A stretch of DNA of 64,000 nucleotides from Spirochaetaceae bacterium (GCA_965224705.1 OZ245056.1:1664001-1728000), one strand, 5' to 3'. Positions 10,581 to 21,337 are shown, numbered from the stretch's first letter. A program made the numbers and translations. Notes: generated by a model from the letters alone, not told the origin.

Positions 10581-12705
10581 TCGTCATTACCTCCATCAGG
10601 TATTCAGGTGTTACAGGAATTTTCGGGCAATCCCGCCCTGTGGCCTGCTCCACAGCCGAGGCAAAGGCGGCATGTCCGCCATCATGCACCATTTCGCCCA
10701 TGCCCTTTGCTCCAAAGGGCCCAAATTCATAGGGATTGTCTATCGTGACCGCCTGGGTTCGTGGATAATCCAGAGCCGTAGGAATTATGTAATCGGCCAT
10801 AGTGGTCTGTTTGAAAGCTCCATCTCCATCCGTCTCAAGTTTCTCCAGGCAGGCATAGCCCAGGGCCTGACTCATGCCGCCCTGAATCTGGCCATCAACC
10901 ACCCGGCGGTCAATGGGGACGCCGACATCATACACGGCCCAGACACCCTCAACTGTGACTTCCCAGCTCACCGGATCCACCGAAACTTCAACAACATTCA
11001 CCCCCCAGCCAAAGGCTCCATAAGCATCACCCTTCAATTTCTCCTGGTTCCATTGAATGCCGGGGGGCAGGGTGTAGCGGGCATCAGTTTCCTGCCTTTC
11101 CCCATCTTTCCATATCTTCTTGAGTTTTGAGGCAGCCACCTGCAGGAGATAGCCAACAACCATCATTGTACGGCTGGCCACCGTTGGCCCTGAGTCAGGA
11201 ACACGGTCGGTATCCGGATTCTCATAAATTATCTCGTGGGGTGGGATGTCAAGAATTGTTCCCACAACTTTTCTCAGTGTCGTGGAAGGGCCCTGGCCCA
11301 TGTCTATATTGGCCACCAGAATTTCAACCCTGTTCTGCTCATCTTTCTGTAGTTTCACCTGCCCCTTGATGATCTTCTGCTCCCCATCACCGGTGAAACC
11401 GCAGCCGTGATTGAACATGGACATGCTGATGCCCCGATACGGTTCACTGTCATACCTTGCCCGTTTTTCATCATAGCCGGAAATTTCCCTTGCCTTGAGA
11501 ATGAGTTGATCCAGTATGACTGATTCCCGGACAGTTCCCCCGGTAATTGTAGAATCACCCTTGCGGAGCAGGTGTTTCTGCTTCAGTGCAAGGGGTTCCA
11601 TATTGAATGACCGGGCAGCCTTCTCCATGTGTTTTTCCAGTGCAAATATGGCCTGGGGCGCTCCGAATCCCCGAAATGCCCCGGATGGAACAGTGTTGGT
11701 GGCCAATGCCAGCCCATGCACACGGACGTTGGGAAAATTGTACACACCGTTGGAAGTGAAAATGGCCCGCTGCAGAACGATATTGGAATAGCTTTCATAG
11801 GCACCGCCATTGAGTGTAATCTCATAATCCATGGCCATTACCGATCCATCATCCCCGTGGGCTGTGCGGATACGGGTTTGTGATGGATGACGTTTCGAAG
11901 TCCATGCCATGTCTTCGGTACGGTCAAAAATCATTCTCAGAGGTTTACCGGTTTTGATGGCTGCCACAGCAAGAGGAACGCCCATAATTTCAGGATAATC
12001 TTCCTTGCCGCCAAATCCTCCGCCGGTAACAGACTGAATCACCCGTACCTTGTATTCTTTACCAAGAGCTTCTTCAAGGGAATGCTTCACATAGAACGGA
12101 CACTGGAGGGTCCCATGGATCACAACCTTGCTTCCCTCATCTTCCAGCCAGGCACAGAGTCCCTGAGGTTCCATGTAGAGCTGTTCCTGAAAACCAGTCT
12201 CATACACTCCTTCCACCACATGGGATGCCCTGGAAAAGACAGATTCCGCATCCCCTTTTTCAAGGTGAAGATCTGCGTAAACATTGTCCGTTCCATGGAT
12301 GGGTCCACCTTTCAGGGCCAGGGAATCTGCCAGAGTTACGGCGGTTTCCACTTCGTCGTAATCAACCTTAATCTGAGCAATCAGCCGGTCAACAACAAAA
12401 GGATCCGGTCCGGCCAGCACCAGAATGATCTGTCCCTTATATCGAATTTCCTTTTCAGCAAAAGCAGGCCAGTCCGTGGTTATCAGGGCAACGTGATTAT
12501 GGGCCGGAACATCCCTGTAATCCGTTACATAGTAACCATCCGGGATATCAGGCAGATGAATCTGCCTGATATATCCTCTTGAAAATGCCGATCTGTAGAA
12601 GCGTGCCGTCAGGAAGTCCTTCCGTGGAAAATCAGCGATGTACATCGCCTCTCCCGAACACTTTTCCTGACCATCCACACGGGGAATACTTGCACTGATA
12701 CTCAT
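10570..12705 (-). CDS. Xanthine dehydrogenase-family molybdopterin-binding subunit
   Basis: GGGFGGKE, GAFRGFGAPQ, SGPTVASR and GPFGAKGMGE motifs. Confidence 0.92.
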   Translation of the reverse strand: MSISASIPRVDGQEKCSGEAMYIADFPRKDFLTARFYRSAFSRGYIRQIHLPDIPDGYYVTDYRDVPAHNHVALITTDWPAFAEKEIRYKGQIILVLAGPDPFVVDRLIAQIKVDYDEVETAVTLADSLALKGGPIHGTDNVYADLHLEKGDAESVFSRASHVVEGVYETGFQEQLYMEPQGLCAWLEDEGSKVVIHGTLQCPFYVKHSLEEALGKEYKVRVIQSVTGGGFGGKEDYPEIMGVPLAVAAIKTGKPLRMIFDRTEDMAWTSKRHPSQTRIRTAHGDDGSVMAMDYEITLNGGAYESYSNIVLQRAIFTSNGVYNFPNVRVHGLALATNTVPSGAFRGFGAPQAIFALEKHMEKAARSFNMEPLALKQKHLLRKGDSTITGGTVRESVILDQLILKAREISGYDEKRARYDSEPYRGISMSMFNHGCGFTGDGEQKIIKGQVKLQKDEQNRVEILVANIDMGQGPSTTLRKVVGTILDIPPHEIIYENPDTDRVPDSGPTVASRTMMVVGYLLQVAASKLKKIWKDGERQETDARYTLPPGIQWNQEKLKGDAYGAFGWGVNVVEVSVDPVSWEVTVEGVWAVYDVGVPIDRRVVDGQIQGGMSQALGYACLEKLETDGDGAFKQTTMADYIIPTALDYPRTQAVTIDNPYEFGPFGAKGMGEMVHDGGHAAFASAVEQATGRDCPKIPVTPEYLMEVMTNGT

Positions 12706-13844
12706 AGCTTCACTCCTTTACGGGCTGATGCAATGTCCTTCAGTCCATTACCGGTAAGCAGTATAACATACGTTGCCTTTTTGGGCAGGCGGTCCCTGAG
12801 TTTGATGAATCCAGCAGCCGCTGCGGCTCCGGCCGGTTCTGAGAAAAGTCCGGTACTGCGGGCAACTGTGTTCTGGGCATGAAGTATTTCATCATCGCTG
12901 ACGGTGAGTACTTCACCGCTGTGCCTCTGCAGCCGTTGAAGGGCAAAATACCCCCCCCTGGGAACATCCACCGATATGGAATCGGCGATTGTTTCTGCCC
13001 GAATAGGCTTTGTGAAAGCACCCTTCTGAATTGCTCTGGCAATGGCAGCAGAGCCCTCCGCCTGGACGGCCATGACGGTCGGTATTCTATCAATTTTCCC
13101 CTGGGCAAGAAGGTCTTCCAAACCCCTGTATACACCGCTGAGAATAACACCATCTCCAACGGAGACAAAAATGTAATCCGGGACACGATTTCCAAGCTGT
13201 TTGAATAACTCCAGGGATACGGTTTTCTTCCCCTCAATGGTGAGAGGATTGTGTGCGGTATTGCGCGAGAGACCACCATGCTTCGCCGCATATTTCATAG
13301 ACTGCTCATAGGCCTGATCATAACTGCCTTCAACCCGTATCAGGGTTGCCCCGTACTGGCAGGACTGAACTATTTTCGCCTCCGGTGCAGATTCAGGGAG
13401 GTAGAGGCGTACATTGAGGGAAGCGGCTGCCCCCACACCGGCCATGGAGGAACCGGCATTGCCCGTCGAGGCCACCACGATGTCTCTTATGCCGAATTTT
13501 CTGGCAAATGCCGCCACCAGATAACTGGCCCTGTCCTTGAATGATCCGGTAGGATTCATTCCATCGTCCTTGAGGTACAGATTCGGGAAACCGGTTTCCT
13601 GCTGGAGGTTTTCTCCCACCCACAATGGGGTGTTCCCCACGGGTATGGGCGGAAAAAAACTCTGCTCTACCGGCAGGAAATCGTAAACATCCCACTTCTC
13701 AGGTACCTTTGCGTCAAGTTCAAACTCCAGCAGCCCTCTCAGAGGTTCATCGGGTTTCTGCCGGGCGGAACAGGGATCGCACAGCATTCTGGCAGGGGTT
13801 GTTTCATAGGACTTTCCGCATTCGATACACCGCAAACCAAACAT
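12702..13844 (-). CDS. Threonine synthase-like PLP enzyme
   Basis: Likely start MFGLRCIECG at 13844, because the track start at 13901 overlaps ygeY. N-terminal CxxC...CxxC; NPTGSFKDR, STGNAG and LTGNGLKD motifs. Confidence 0.82.
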   Translation of the reverse strand: MFGLRCIECGKSYETTPARMLCDPCSARQKPDEPLRGLLEFELDAKVPEKWDVYDFLPVEQSFFPPIPVGNTPLWVGENLQQETGFPNLYLKDDGMNPTGSFKDRASYLVAAFARKFGIRDIVVASTGNAGSSMAGVGAAASLNVRLYLPESAPEAKIVQSCQYGATLIRVEGSYDQAYEQSMKYAAKHGGLSRNTAHNPLTIEGKKTVSLELFKQLGNRVPDYIFVSVGDGVILSGVYRGLEDLLAQGKIDRIPTVMAVQAEGSAAIARAIQKGAFTKPIRAETIADSISVDVPRGGYFALQRLQRHSGEVLTVSDDEILHAQNTVARSTGLFSEPAGAAAAAGFIKLRDRLPKKATYVILLTGNGLKDIASARKGVKL

Positions 13845-13849
13845 TGGAA

Positions 13850-15070
13850 TCAGGAGCCGTCTTCCAGGGCATAGGGCAGCATGGCATAGAATGCGCTGCA
13901 CTTTTCAAGATCATCGACACGGGTTATTTCATTCGGAGCATGGGCCTGGTTTTCATCTCCCGGACCGAATCCGATAGCGGGGATTTTGTGTCGGCCGGTG
14001 GTGGCCACGAGATTGGTTGAAAATGTCCACTTATCGATTTCCGGAGTCCCGTTCCAGAGAGCCCTGTATCCTCTCACACCGGCCTGTACCAGATCGTGGG
14101 ATTCAGGCACCTTCCATGTCGGGAAATAGAGTTCCTGGCTGTAATCGGCATTCTTCCAGCCCCGTTTTTCATAGTCCGGCATGGTAACATCCACTGCGGA
14201 TTCATCTTCACCCAGAGCGTCGGAAACGGCCTTTTTCACCTGGGAAATGGCCAGATCAGCATCCTCACCCCAGGTGAGTCTCCTGTCCAGGTAGAGCATG
14301 GCCTGATCCGGAACCGCACATTGAGAAGGACCCTTTACATGAATTTGTGAGACAACAATGGTTCCTTTACCGAGGAAATTATCATCATCCGGCTGGAGCT
14401 GAGTGTTCAGATTTTCCAGGGCCAGGGCCGCCCGTGCCGCCTTATAGGCCGCACTGTCACCGCGTTCGGGGGCACTGCCGTGAGCAGAAAGGCCCTTCAG
14501 TCTCAGCACCATTTCCATTCTTCCCCGATGTCCCCGGTACAGCCGACAACTGGTTGGTTCTGTGGAGACCACATAGTCCGGCCTGAGTTTTTCTTCTTCT
14601 ATCAGGTATTTCCAGCACATTCCGTCACAGTCTTCCTCCATCACGGTAAAGACGAAATAAACACTGTACTGGCCATTGTAGCCCAGTTCCTTCAAAACTC
14701 GGCCAGCCGTTACCATGCTGGCCGCACCGCCTTTTTGATCGCTGGTGCCCCGGCCATGGACAAGGCCGCCGGAGATTTCACCGGAAAAAGGATCCCTGTT
14801 CCACTGGGAGGGATCCCCAATCTCCACCGTATCGATATGGGCATCAATGGCGATTTTCTTCGGGCCATGACCCACCCGGGTCACAAGGTTTCCCAATCCA
14901 TCAATTCTCACTTCATCAAATCCGTAACCCTCACACATTTCCTTCAGTTTATAGATAACTTCTTTTTCCTCACTTGAGTAAGATTTTATCTTTACGATGT
15001 CACTCAGTACACGGGCTGTGTCATCCCTGTACCGAGCCGCTTTTGACAGAATGTCATCACTGATTCTCAT
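13850..15070 (-). CDS. ygeY: M20-family hydrolase YgeY
   Basis: DAHIDTV, GRGTSDQKGG, EEDCDG, KWTFSTN and AHAPNE motifs. Confidence 0.9.
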   Translation of the reverse strand: MRISDDILSKAARYRDDTARVLSDIVKIKSYSSEEKEVIYKLKEMCEGYGFDEVRIDGLGNLVTRVGHGPKKIAIDAHIDTVEIGDPSQWNRDPFSGEISGGLVHGRGTSDQKGGAASMVTAGRVLKELGYNGQYSVYFVFTVMEEDCDGMCWKYLIEEEKLRPDYVVSTEPTSCRLYRGHRGRMEMVLRLKGLSAHGSAPERGDSAAYKAARAALALENLNTQLQPDDDNFLGKGTIVVSQIHVKGPSQCAVPDQAMLYLDRRLTWGEDADLAISQVKKAVSDALGEDESAVDVTMPDYEKRGWKNADYSQELYFPTWKVPESHDLVQAGVRGYRALWNGTPEIDKWTFSTNLVATTGRHKIPAIGFGPGDENQAHAPNEITRVDDLEKCSAFYAMLPYALEDGS

Positions 15071-15078
15071 TTTTTCTC

Positions 15079-16401
15079 CTATGCTTTTACTTTATTCATT
15101 CTATCCCAGAGTGCCAGACTCCGGTCGGCTGCATTCCTGTAGATTTCATCTGTCTCAAAAGGAAATACTCCATCCCTGTATACAAACTTCCCATCGATTA
15201 TCACGGATTCGACAATGGCAGAACCCATGCCGAAAACAAGATGCCCGGCCACATTCTCCGGCAGCAGTGCCGTGGGAGCCGGGTAATCGGCAATAACCAG
15301 ATCAGCCTTGTAGCCGGGTTTCAGTCTGCCGAATGAAGCCCCGAAGTTTCGTTCCAGAATCGTATTACCGGCCATCAAAGCCTTGAGGTAGTCGCCAGGC
15401 CACCAGGGACCACCGTTATTCTTATGGTTGAAATAGGCAAACTTCACTTCTTCAAACATGTCAGCCCCAATACCGTCTGTTCCAATGGCCAGATGGTTAA
15501 GCTCTGGAAGATGCTGACTGTAACCAACATTATTATTCATGTTCGACCGGGCATTGTGCACCAGAAAAGTATTCCTCTCATTGAGAAGTTCTATCTCAGA
15601 AGAATTGAGATAGACTCCATGCACCATCAGACTTTTCTCATTGACCAATCCAAACTCATCCAGACGTACAATTAAATCTTTGCCGTAATTGGCATGAGAG
15701 AACGAAACATCGTAGCGGTCTTCAGCAACATGAATGTGAAATCCCCGGCCGCTGCTTTCAACCACATCGCCAAGAAGTCTCAGTGACTCATCGCTCAGTG
15801 TAAATGGAGCATGACCACCGATATGAGCTTCAAACAAGCCCTGCCACTGACCCGATGCTTTTTCCCTGTCCAATGCCTCCGCAAATCGACGATTTTCCTC
15901 TACTCCGGCCAGCATTTCATCCCTGCCGTTCCGGTCTGTTACTTCATAGCAGCTCATGCCCCTCAACCCGCAGAATTCAAAGGCTTCCTTGAGTATGCTG
16001 AGCGATCCCTCGACACAGGACGGTGAGGCGTGATGGTCAATGACGGAAGTAGTTCCCGACCGTATTGCATCCAGGGAGCAGATTTGGGCCGATGCCTTCA
16101 GGCTTTCCTCATCCAGGGCACGATCAAGACGCCACCAGAGGTTTTTCAGAACCGAAGCAAAATCCGGTGTTGGACCTATGTTCGCCATAATTCCCCGGGC
16201 AAGCCCTGAATAGTAATGATGATGACTGCATACAAGGCCGGGGAAGAGCAGTTTTCCTCCCAGATCCACCACCCGGGCACCCGGCGCGGAAAGATTGCCG
16301 CCTACTTCCTTAATAATGTCATTCTCCACCAGAAGATCCATGGAATTCCTGACAGCAGGTGGATCCATATCAATCAGCGTTGCGTTTTTCAGTAGAATCA
16401 T
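15079..16401 (-). CDS. ssnA: Aminohydrolase SsnA
   Basis: PGLVCSHHHYYSGLARG, DHHASP and NARSNMNN motifs; directly downstream of ygfK. Confidence 0.9.
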   Translation of the reverse strand: MILLKNATLIDMDPPAVRNSMDLLVENDIIKEVGGNLSAPGARVVDLGGKLLFPGLVCSHHHYYSGLARGIMANIGPTPDFASVLKNLWWRLDRALDEESLKASAQICSLDAIRSGTTSVIDHHASPSCVEGSLSILKEAFEFCGLRGMSCYEVTDRNGRDEMLAGVEENRRFAEALDREKASGQWQGLFEAHIGGHAPFTLSDESLRLLGDVVESSGRGFHIHVAEDRYDVSFSHANYGKDLIVRLDEFGLVNEKSLMVHGVYLNSSEIELLNERNTFLVHNARSNMNNNVGYSQHLPELNHLAIGTDGIGADMFEEVKFAYFNHKNNGGPWWPGDYLKALMAGNTILERNFGASFGRLKPGYKADLVIADYPAPTALLPENVAGHLVFGMGSAIVESVIIDGKFVYRDGVFPFETDEIYRNAADRSLALWDRMNKVKA

Positions 16402-19400
16402 ACGGCCACCCCCTCCGAATCCATTGGAGCAAAAAGTTCCGGTCTGGATTCCTTGAGAATTGAGTACAGTCTCATAAACGCCCTGAGATCCCCGTCCTCT
16501 TTGGGGTCAGGGTCAACCATGATTTCACCTTTGAATCGGATATGAAGCTTGCCGCTGTCCAGCAGCCAGCCGGGATTCTCACTGTTTTCAAAATCCTTCA
16601 TGGAATTGAACACCGTCGGCTTGTCAACATAGGGCCGTCCTTCCCAGGGACAGTAACGGCCGCAGTCTCCACATTCATTGCAGTAAGCGTCAATGTGAAC
16701 AATTTCAAATGGATTGTTAAACATGGGTTCCTTCTGAACCGGGACGGCAATATTGGATCGATTCGGGCAGACATCAACGCATTTATTACAAATATAATTA
16801 CATTCCAAACATCGATTTAATTCTGTAGATCCGAATACCGAAACACTGTACCCGGAGCGGGTATCCGGCCTGGCCGACACCTCTCCTTTCTTGCTTCCTA
16901 TCTGCTTCTTCTGCTCGACGGGATCCATGAACGGAATTTTTTCAGTTCGATTCCATGAGGGGTTTTCTTTCCGGCAGATGACATCGGCGGCACTTCGGCC
17001 CTCATTGATGCACTGAACAATGGTGGAGGTTCCCGTGCGGCCGTCGCCAATGAGGAACACATTGGTCAGCTCCGTTTCGCCTCCTTCAAATGTTTGTACT
17101 CTGGCGCTGCGGTCAGGTTTCAATCCCACCTCCTTCAATAGATTCTCATCGGGATCATCGCCGATGGCGTACACTATGCTGTCAACCTGCAGAGTTTCGG
17201 TTTTGTCGGTGGGAACCGGCCGCCGTCTGCCGGAAGAATCTTTCTCACCGAGTTCCATCACCCGAAGTGTGAGAGTACCATCCGGGGTAAATCTCTCCGG
17301 ATTGCGAAGCCAGTGGAAATCAACATTATCTTCCAGGGCCGATTGATACTCCTCTCGGCTGGCCGGCATCTGACGGAAGGCCCTCCTGTAGACTATGGTC
17401 GCCTTCTCCGTTCCCGGACAGCGGATGGAGCTTCTGGCACAGTCCATTGCCGTATCCCCGGCACCGATAACCACAACATGTTTTCCCATGTTCAGCGTTG
17501 AGGAATCCCTGTTAAACTGAGCCAGGAAGGGAACAGAAGGGTGTATGTTGGCATTGCCTCCTTCAAGAATGAAGTCTCTTGTCTGGTAGGTTCCTATGCC
17601 CAGAAGGATGTATTCAAATCCCTGACTTCTCAGGGTATCAATATCAATGTTCTCCGGCGCATTGAACTCAAATTGAACACCTTGATCCTTGATGAAATCA
17701 ACATCACTGCTGATGGCTTCTCTTGGAATTCTGAAGTGAGGGACAACGTAGCGCACCACACCGCCGGCATCCTCTTCTCTCTCAAAGACTGTTACGGGAA
17801 AGCCCTCCCTGGCCAGAAAAAAAGCTGCTGATAACCCGGCCGGCCCGGCACCCACAACGGCGACTTTTTTGTTTTGTGTAACCTCAGGTTTCACCCAGCT
17901 CTGACGATACTCATCCATACCGTTCAGAACAGCGGCCTTCTTTACCTCCCTGATATTGATGCAGCCATCGTAATCCAGCCTTGTACACACGAGTTGGCAT
18001 TGATGATCGCAGATATGCCCTGTTATAGATGGGAGGGCATTCCTTTCATAGATGCATTCCATGGCATCGCGGTAGCGGCCTTCCCCAACGAGGCGGATGT
18101 ATTCAGGAATGTGCTGACCAATGGCACAGGCGGAGATGCAGGGAGCCTCATAGCAGTCGAAGAGGGGCAGGGGGGCTGGAGTGGCCGCCTCATCCTCGCC
18201 GCGGTAATCCTTTGCAAGCGTTTTATCGGTCAGGGAATCCCTGGCCAGTTGACTCAATGCCTTCACATCAATTTTTGGATAGTCCCAGCTTGCCAGATTA
18301 TCCAGTTTTTGAGCCATCTGTACCTGACGCAGATAACCACCGGGTTTGAGCAGGTCTGTGGCCAGGGTGATGGGACGAATACCCGTTTTGAATACCGCCT
18401 CCACATTGTGGATTGATATTCCGCCGGAAAAAGATATGGGAAGATCGCCGTCAAAATGTGTTGAAAGTTTATCCGCTATGCCAATCGATAGGGGGAACAG
18501 GGCTCGGCCTGAAAGGTACATTTCCTTATCCGGCAGAGCATTTCTGTTATTGATGACCGCCAGGGTGTTGGTCAGTTTTACACCAAAAACAAGACCTGAG
18601 TCTCTGGCTGTTTTGCGAAGTCTGGAGAGGATGTCCAATGCGTCAGGATATTGAAGATCGTGCTTGAAGCCTTCCGCATTTAACTGGACATACCCATAAC
18701 CAAGATTCGTCAATATATCCTGAACGGTATCAAGGCCCAGAAGGGTTGGATTGAGTTTCACATAAGTATCCAGTTTCCGCTCGGTCAGCATGTAATGACA
18801 GATGGATTCAATTTCCTCCGGCGGACAGCCATGCATGGTGGAGAGGGTCACTGAATGACATATTTTGCTGCTGATACGCTCAATGGCCTCAGGAATTTTT
18901 ACCGCCTTGTGTTCCAGACCCGTCCCCTTCAGCATGGCAGGTAATTCTCGGGCAGCATCGCCCAGCCACTGTTGAAAGAGCGGTTCTTCCGAGCAATCCG
19001 TCAGCCGATCGAGATACTCCTGCATCCGGTCGGTTTTAATGCCCTTCATGTCGTAGCCAACGCTCATGTTAAACACAAAAGATCGTGTTTCATCGGCTGG
19101 TTTCATATCAAAAATCTCTTCAAGAAGATGAAGGGCAATCCATGCCCGGGCATATTCCCGCCATGCTTCTTCAAGTGACAGCTCTGTGGACCACTCCGTA
19201 TTGTATCCCTCATCATAGATGTCGATACAGGGTTTATCGATTTCCAGAGCATCAAGAATCTGAACTGTTTTCAATTCAATGAATCGGCTTCCGGTAAGGT
19301 AGGAAGCCACAATGTTCTGGGCAAGCTGGGTATGGGGTCCTGCTGCCGGACCGAGAACCGTACCGCAGTTATCGCCCAGAATGTTGATCTTCCGCTCATC

Positions 19401-19517
19401 CTTTTTCCTGTACCAGTTCGTCTTCGGTAAGTCAAATATTGATTCCTGAGTTCTATACTCATCGAAGATCCTTCTCAGTAACGGAATCATTCCCGTCAGT
19501 CTCATTTTATCGCTCAT
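16398..19517 (-). CDS. ygfK: Fe-S flavoprotein oxidoreductase YgfK
   Basis: GPAAGPHTQLAQN, HGCPPEEI, GAGPAG and C-terminal 4Fe-4S motifs; 1039 aa. Confidence 0.93.
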   Translation of the reverse strand: MSDKMRLTGMIPLLRRIFDEYRTQESIFDLPKTNWYRKKDERKINILGDNCGTVLGPAAGPHTQLAQNIVASYLTGSRFIELKTVQILDALEIDKPCIDIYDEGYNTEWSTELSLEEAWREYARAWIALHLLEEIFDMKPADETRSFVFNMSVGYDMKGIKTDRMQEYLDRLTDCSEEPLFQQWLGDAARELPAMLKGTGLEHKAVKIPEAIERISSKICHSVTLSTMHGCPPEEIESICHYMLTERKLDTYVKLNPTLLGLDTVQDILTNLGYGYVQLNAEGFKHDLQYPDALDILSRLRKTARDSGLVFGVKLTNTLAVINNRNALPDKEMYLSGRALFPLSIGIADKLSTHFDGDLPISFSGGISIHNVEAVFKTGIRPITLATDLLKPGGYLRQVQMAQKLDNLASWDYPKIDVKALSQLARDSLTDKTLAKDYRGEDEAATPAPLPLFDCYEAPCISACAIGQHIPEYIRLVGEGRYRDAMECIYERNALPSITGHICDHQCQLVCTRLDYDGCINIREVKKAAVLNGMDEYRQSWVKPEVTQNKKVAVVGAGPAGLSAAFFLAREGFPVTVFEREEDAGGVVRYVVPHFRIPREAISSDVDFIKDQGVQFEFNAPENIDIDTLRSQGFEYILLGIGTYQTRDFILEGGNANIHPSVPFLAQFNRDSSTLNMGKHVVVIGAGDTAMDCARSSIRCPGTEKATIVYRRAFRQMPASREEYQSALEDNVDFHWLRNPERFTPDGTLTLRVMELGEKDSSGRRRPVPTDKTETLQVDSIVYAIGDDPDENLLKEVGLKPDRSARVQTFEGGETELTNVFLIGDGRTGTSTIVQCINEGRSAADVICRKENPSWNRTEKIPFMDPVEQKKQIGSKKGEVSARPDTRSGYSVSVFGSTELNRCLECNYICNKCVDVCPNRSNIAVPVQKEPMFNNPFEIVHIDAYCNECGDCGRYCPWEGRPYVDKPTVFNSMKDFENSENPGWLLDSGKLHIRFKGEIMVDPDPKEDGDLRAFMRLYSILKESRPELFAPMDSEGVAV

Positions 19518-20892
19518 GATTCACCTTTCCTCCTTTCACACGAATCGGTTTCTGCAGTCTGCCCCATCCGGCATTCTTACAGCCGCCATTATTTCTATCG
19601 TAAACAATCTTTCCCCGAACAAAGGTGTAATCCACCCGTCCGCGGAACGTCATTCCTTCAAAGGGAGTTACCCTGCCTTTGGATTGGAAGTCATCAATAC
19701 TGACCTTGTGTTCCGCCTTACGGTGTATCAGCACCATATCGGCATCCTTTCCCACGTCCAGAGAACCCTTTCGGTCAAACAGGCCATAGCGTCTGGCCGC
19801 ATTTTCACTCATCACTTCCAGATAGCGCGGCAGAGTAAGTCGACCGGCTAGATATCCTTCGGAAAACAAATAAGGAAGGATGGTTTCCGTACCGGCAATC
19901 CCGGCAGAATTGCACCATATATCACCGTGGGCTTTCTCTTCCTTCGTTCCCGGGGCATGGTCTGAAGCAACGAATTCAAGTGTTCCATCGGCCAGAAGTT
20001 CCCACAGCCTCTGACGGTTGCCATCCTCCTTGATGGGGGGAGATATCTTCAGAGCCGGTCCCTGTTCAAGGAAATCCTTTAATGAAAAGGCCAGATACTG
20101 GGGACAGGTTTCCCCTGTCGCAGTGGCCCCGGGCCAGGGTTTCTGAAGCATTTCCGCTGCTTCGGAGGAACCAATGTGCACAATGTGAAGATTGCCTCCC
20201 ACCTCCTGATTGATGCGCAGGGCACTTCCCACAGCCAGAATCTCTGCCAGTTCCGGCCTGCAATCGTACCACTCACGAGGGCTTTTCCCCTGAGTCTGGT
20301 AATAATCAGTGGCATTGTTGACATATTCCGCATCCTCGGCATGCAGTAAGATGATTGTATTCAGTTTCTTCGCATGTTCAAGAATTCGTCGGAAGCGCCA
20401 GTGGTCAACAGCCCCCCACCACGACTCAGCACCGGACACCGCATACACCTTGTAGGCCAGTACATCATCAACGATGGACTCCATGCCGGACTCATAGCCG
20501 GCATCAAACAACTGTCTGGAAAGTCCACCGAAAAAGGCAAAATCACAGTGTGCCCTGGGCTGCACCACTGAAAGCTTGTAATCCAGGCTTTTCCGGTCTG
20601 TCACAGGAGGAATTGAGGTACTCGGCATATCCACAACCATGGTAATGCCGCCTGCAACCGCCGCCGATGTTCCATGGAAAAAATCTTCTTTCTCCGTATA
20701 ACCGGGATCATAAAAGTGAACATGCGGATCGATTCCGCCTGGCAGGACCCAGTAATCGGACGCATCCAGCACTTCGTCTGCATTGAGATTGGTTCCGAAC
20801 TCGATAAACTGACCGTTTTCGATCCTGATGTCCCGATATTGGAAATCAGCAGCACCCTGGAAAGCTGTTAGAGCATTTTTTATAATCATCAT
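19507..20892 (-). CDS. Cyclic amidohydrolase (allantoinase/dihydropyrimidinase, HyuA-like)
   Basis: PGGIDPHVH, LHAED, ETCPQYL and ASDHAP motifs; first gene of the operon. Confidence 0.85.
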   Translation of the reverse strand: MMIIKNALTAFQGAADFQYRDIRIENGQFIEFGTNLNADEVLDASDYWVLPGGIDPHVHFYDPGYTEKEDFFHGTSAAVAGGITMVVDMPSTSIPPVTDRKSLDYKLSVVQPRAHCDFAFFGGLSRQLFDAGYESGMESIVDDVLAYKVYAVSGAESWWGAVDHWRFRRILEHAKKLNTIILLHAEDAEYVNNATDYYQTQGKSPREWYDCRPELAEILAVGSALRINQEVGGNLHIVHIGSSEAAEMLQKPWPGATATGETCPQYLAFSLKDFLEQGPALKISPPIKEDGNRQRLWELLADGTLEFVASDHAPGTKEEKAHGDIWCNSAGIAGTETILPYLFSEGYLAGRLTLPRYLEVMSENAARRYGLFDRKGSLDVGKDADMVLIHRKAEHKVSIDDFQSKGRVTPFEGMTFRGRVDYTFVRGKIVYDRNNGGCKNAGWGRLQKPIRVKGGKVNHER

Positions 20893-21123
20893 TCACCCCC
20901 ATCGGTTTAAAATTCACGAATTACAGATCTTTCAGGGAGAGAGAGATTATTAAAACATCCTTAAAGATCCGCAATCCTTTTTGTTTTTAATCTGAAAAAA
21001 AGGAATTGGAAAAATCAGAATGACCCCAGTACAAGCCTGTGCTCACATTGATTAAAGGATAAGAACCTGGATCCAGAGTATAGGATAGATAGTTTTTGTC
21101 GTCAAGATGAAACACTGCATCAG

Positions 21124-21337
21124 CAGGGCAATTGCATCTAAAATCCACTTATGAAAGCCTTATTCATGATTCTTAACCGCAGAGAACGCAGAGAACGCAG
21201 AGTGTTCAAGGTAATTATTCACATCACAACGATAACAAAAAGTTGACAAATTCCTCCTATTGAAGGAAACTCCATTCGTTCCCCCAGAAATTAGTGTTTT
21301 TCATTTTTTTGGGATAGAATTAGATGCGATTGCCCTG
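21124..21337. mobile_element. MITE family A, short copy (214 bp)
   Basis: 18-bp imperfect terminal inverted repeats CAGGGCAATTGCATCTAA / TTAGATGCGATTGCCCTG, shared with the copies at 22222 and 33264. Confidence 0.8.

Noticed and set aside
1518..20892. Selenocysteine read-through in the selenium-associated gene set
   Set aside because: All ORFs appear full length without in-frame TGA.
20893..21114. Purine riboswitch or sigma54 promoter upstream of the catabolic operon
   Set aside because: No purine aptamer core seen; GAGCACAGGCTTGT (-) lacks the conserved GG/GC dinucleotides.
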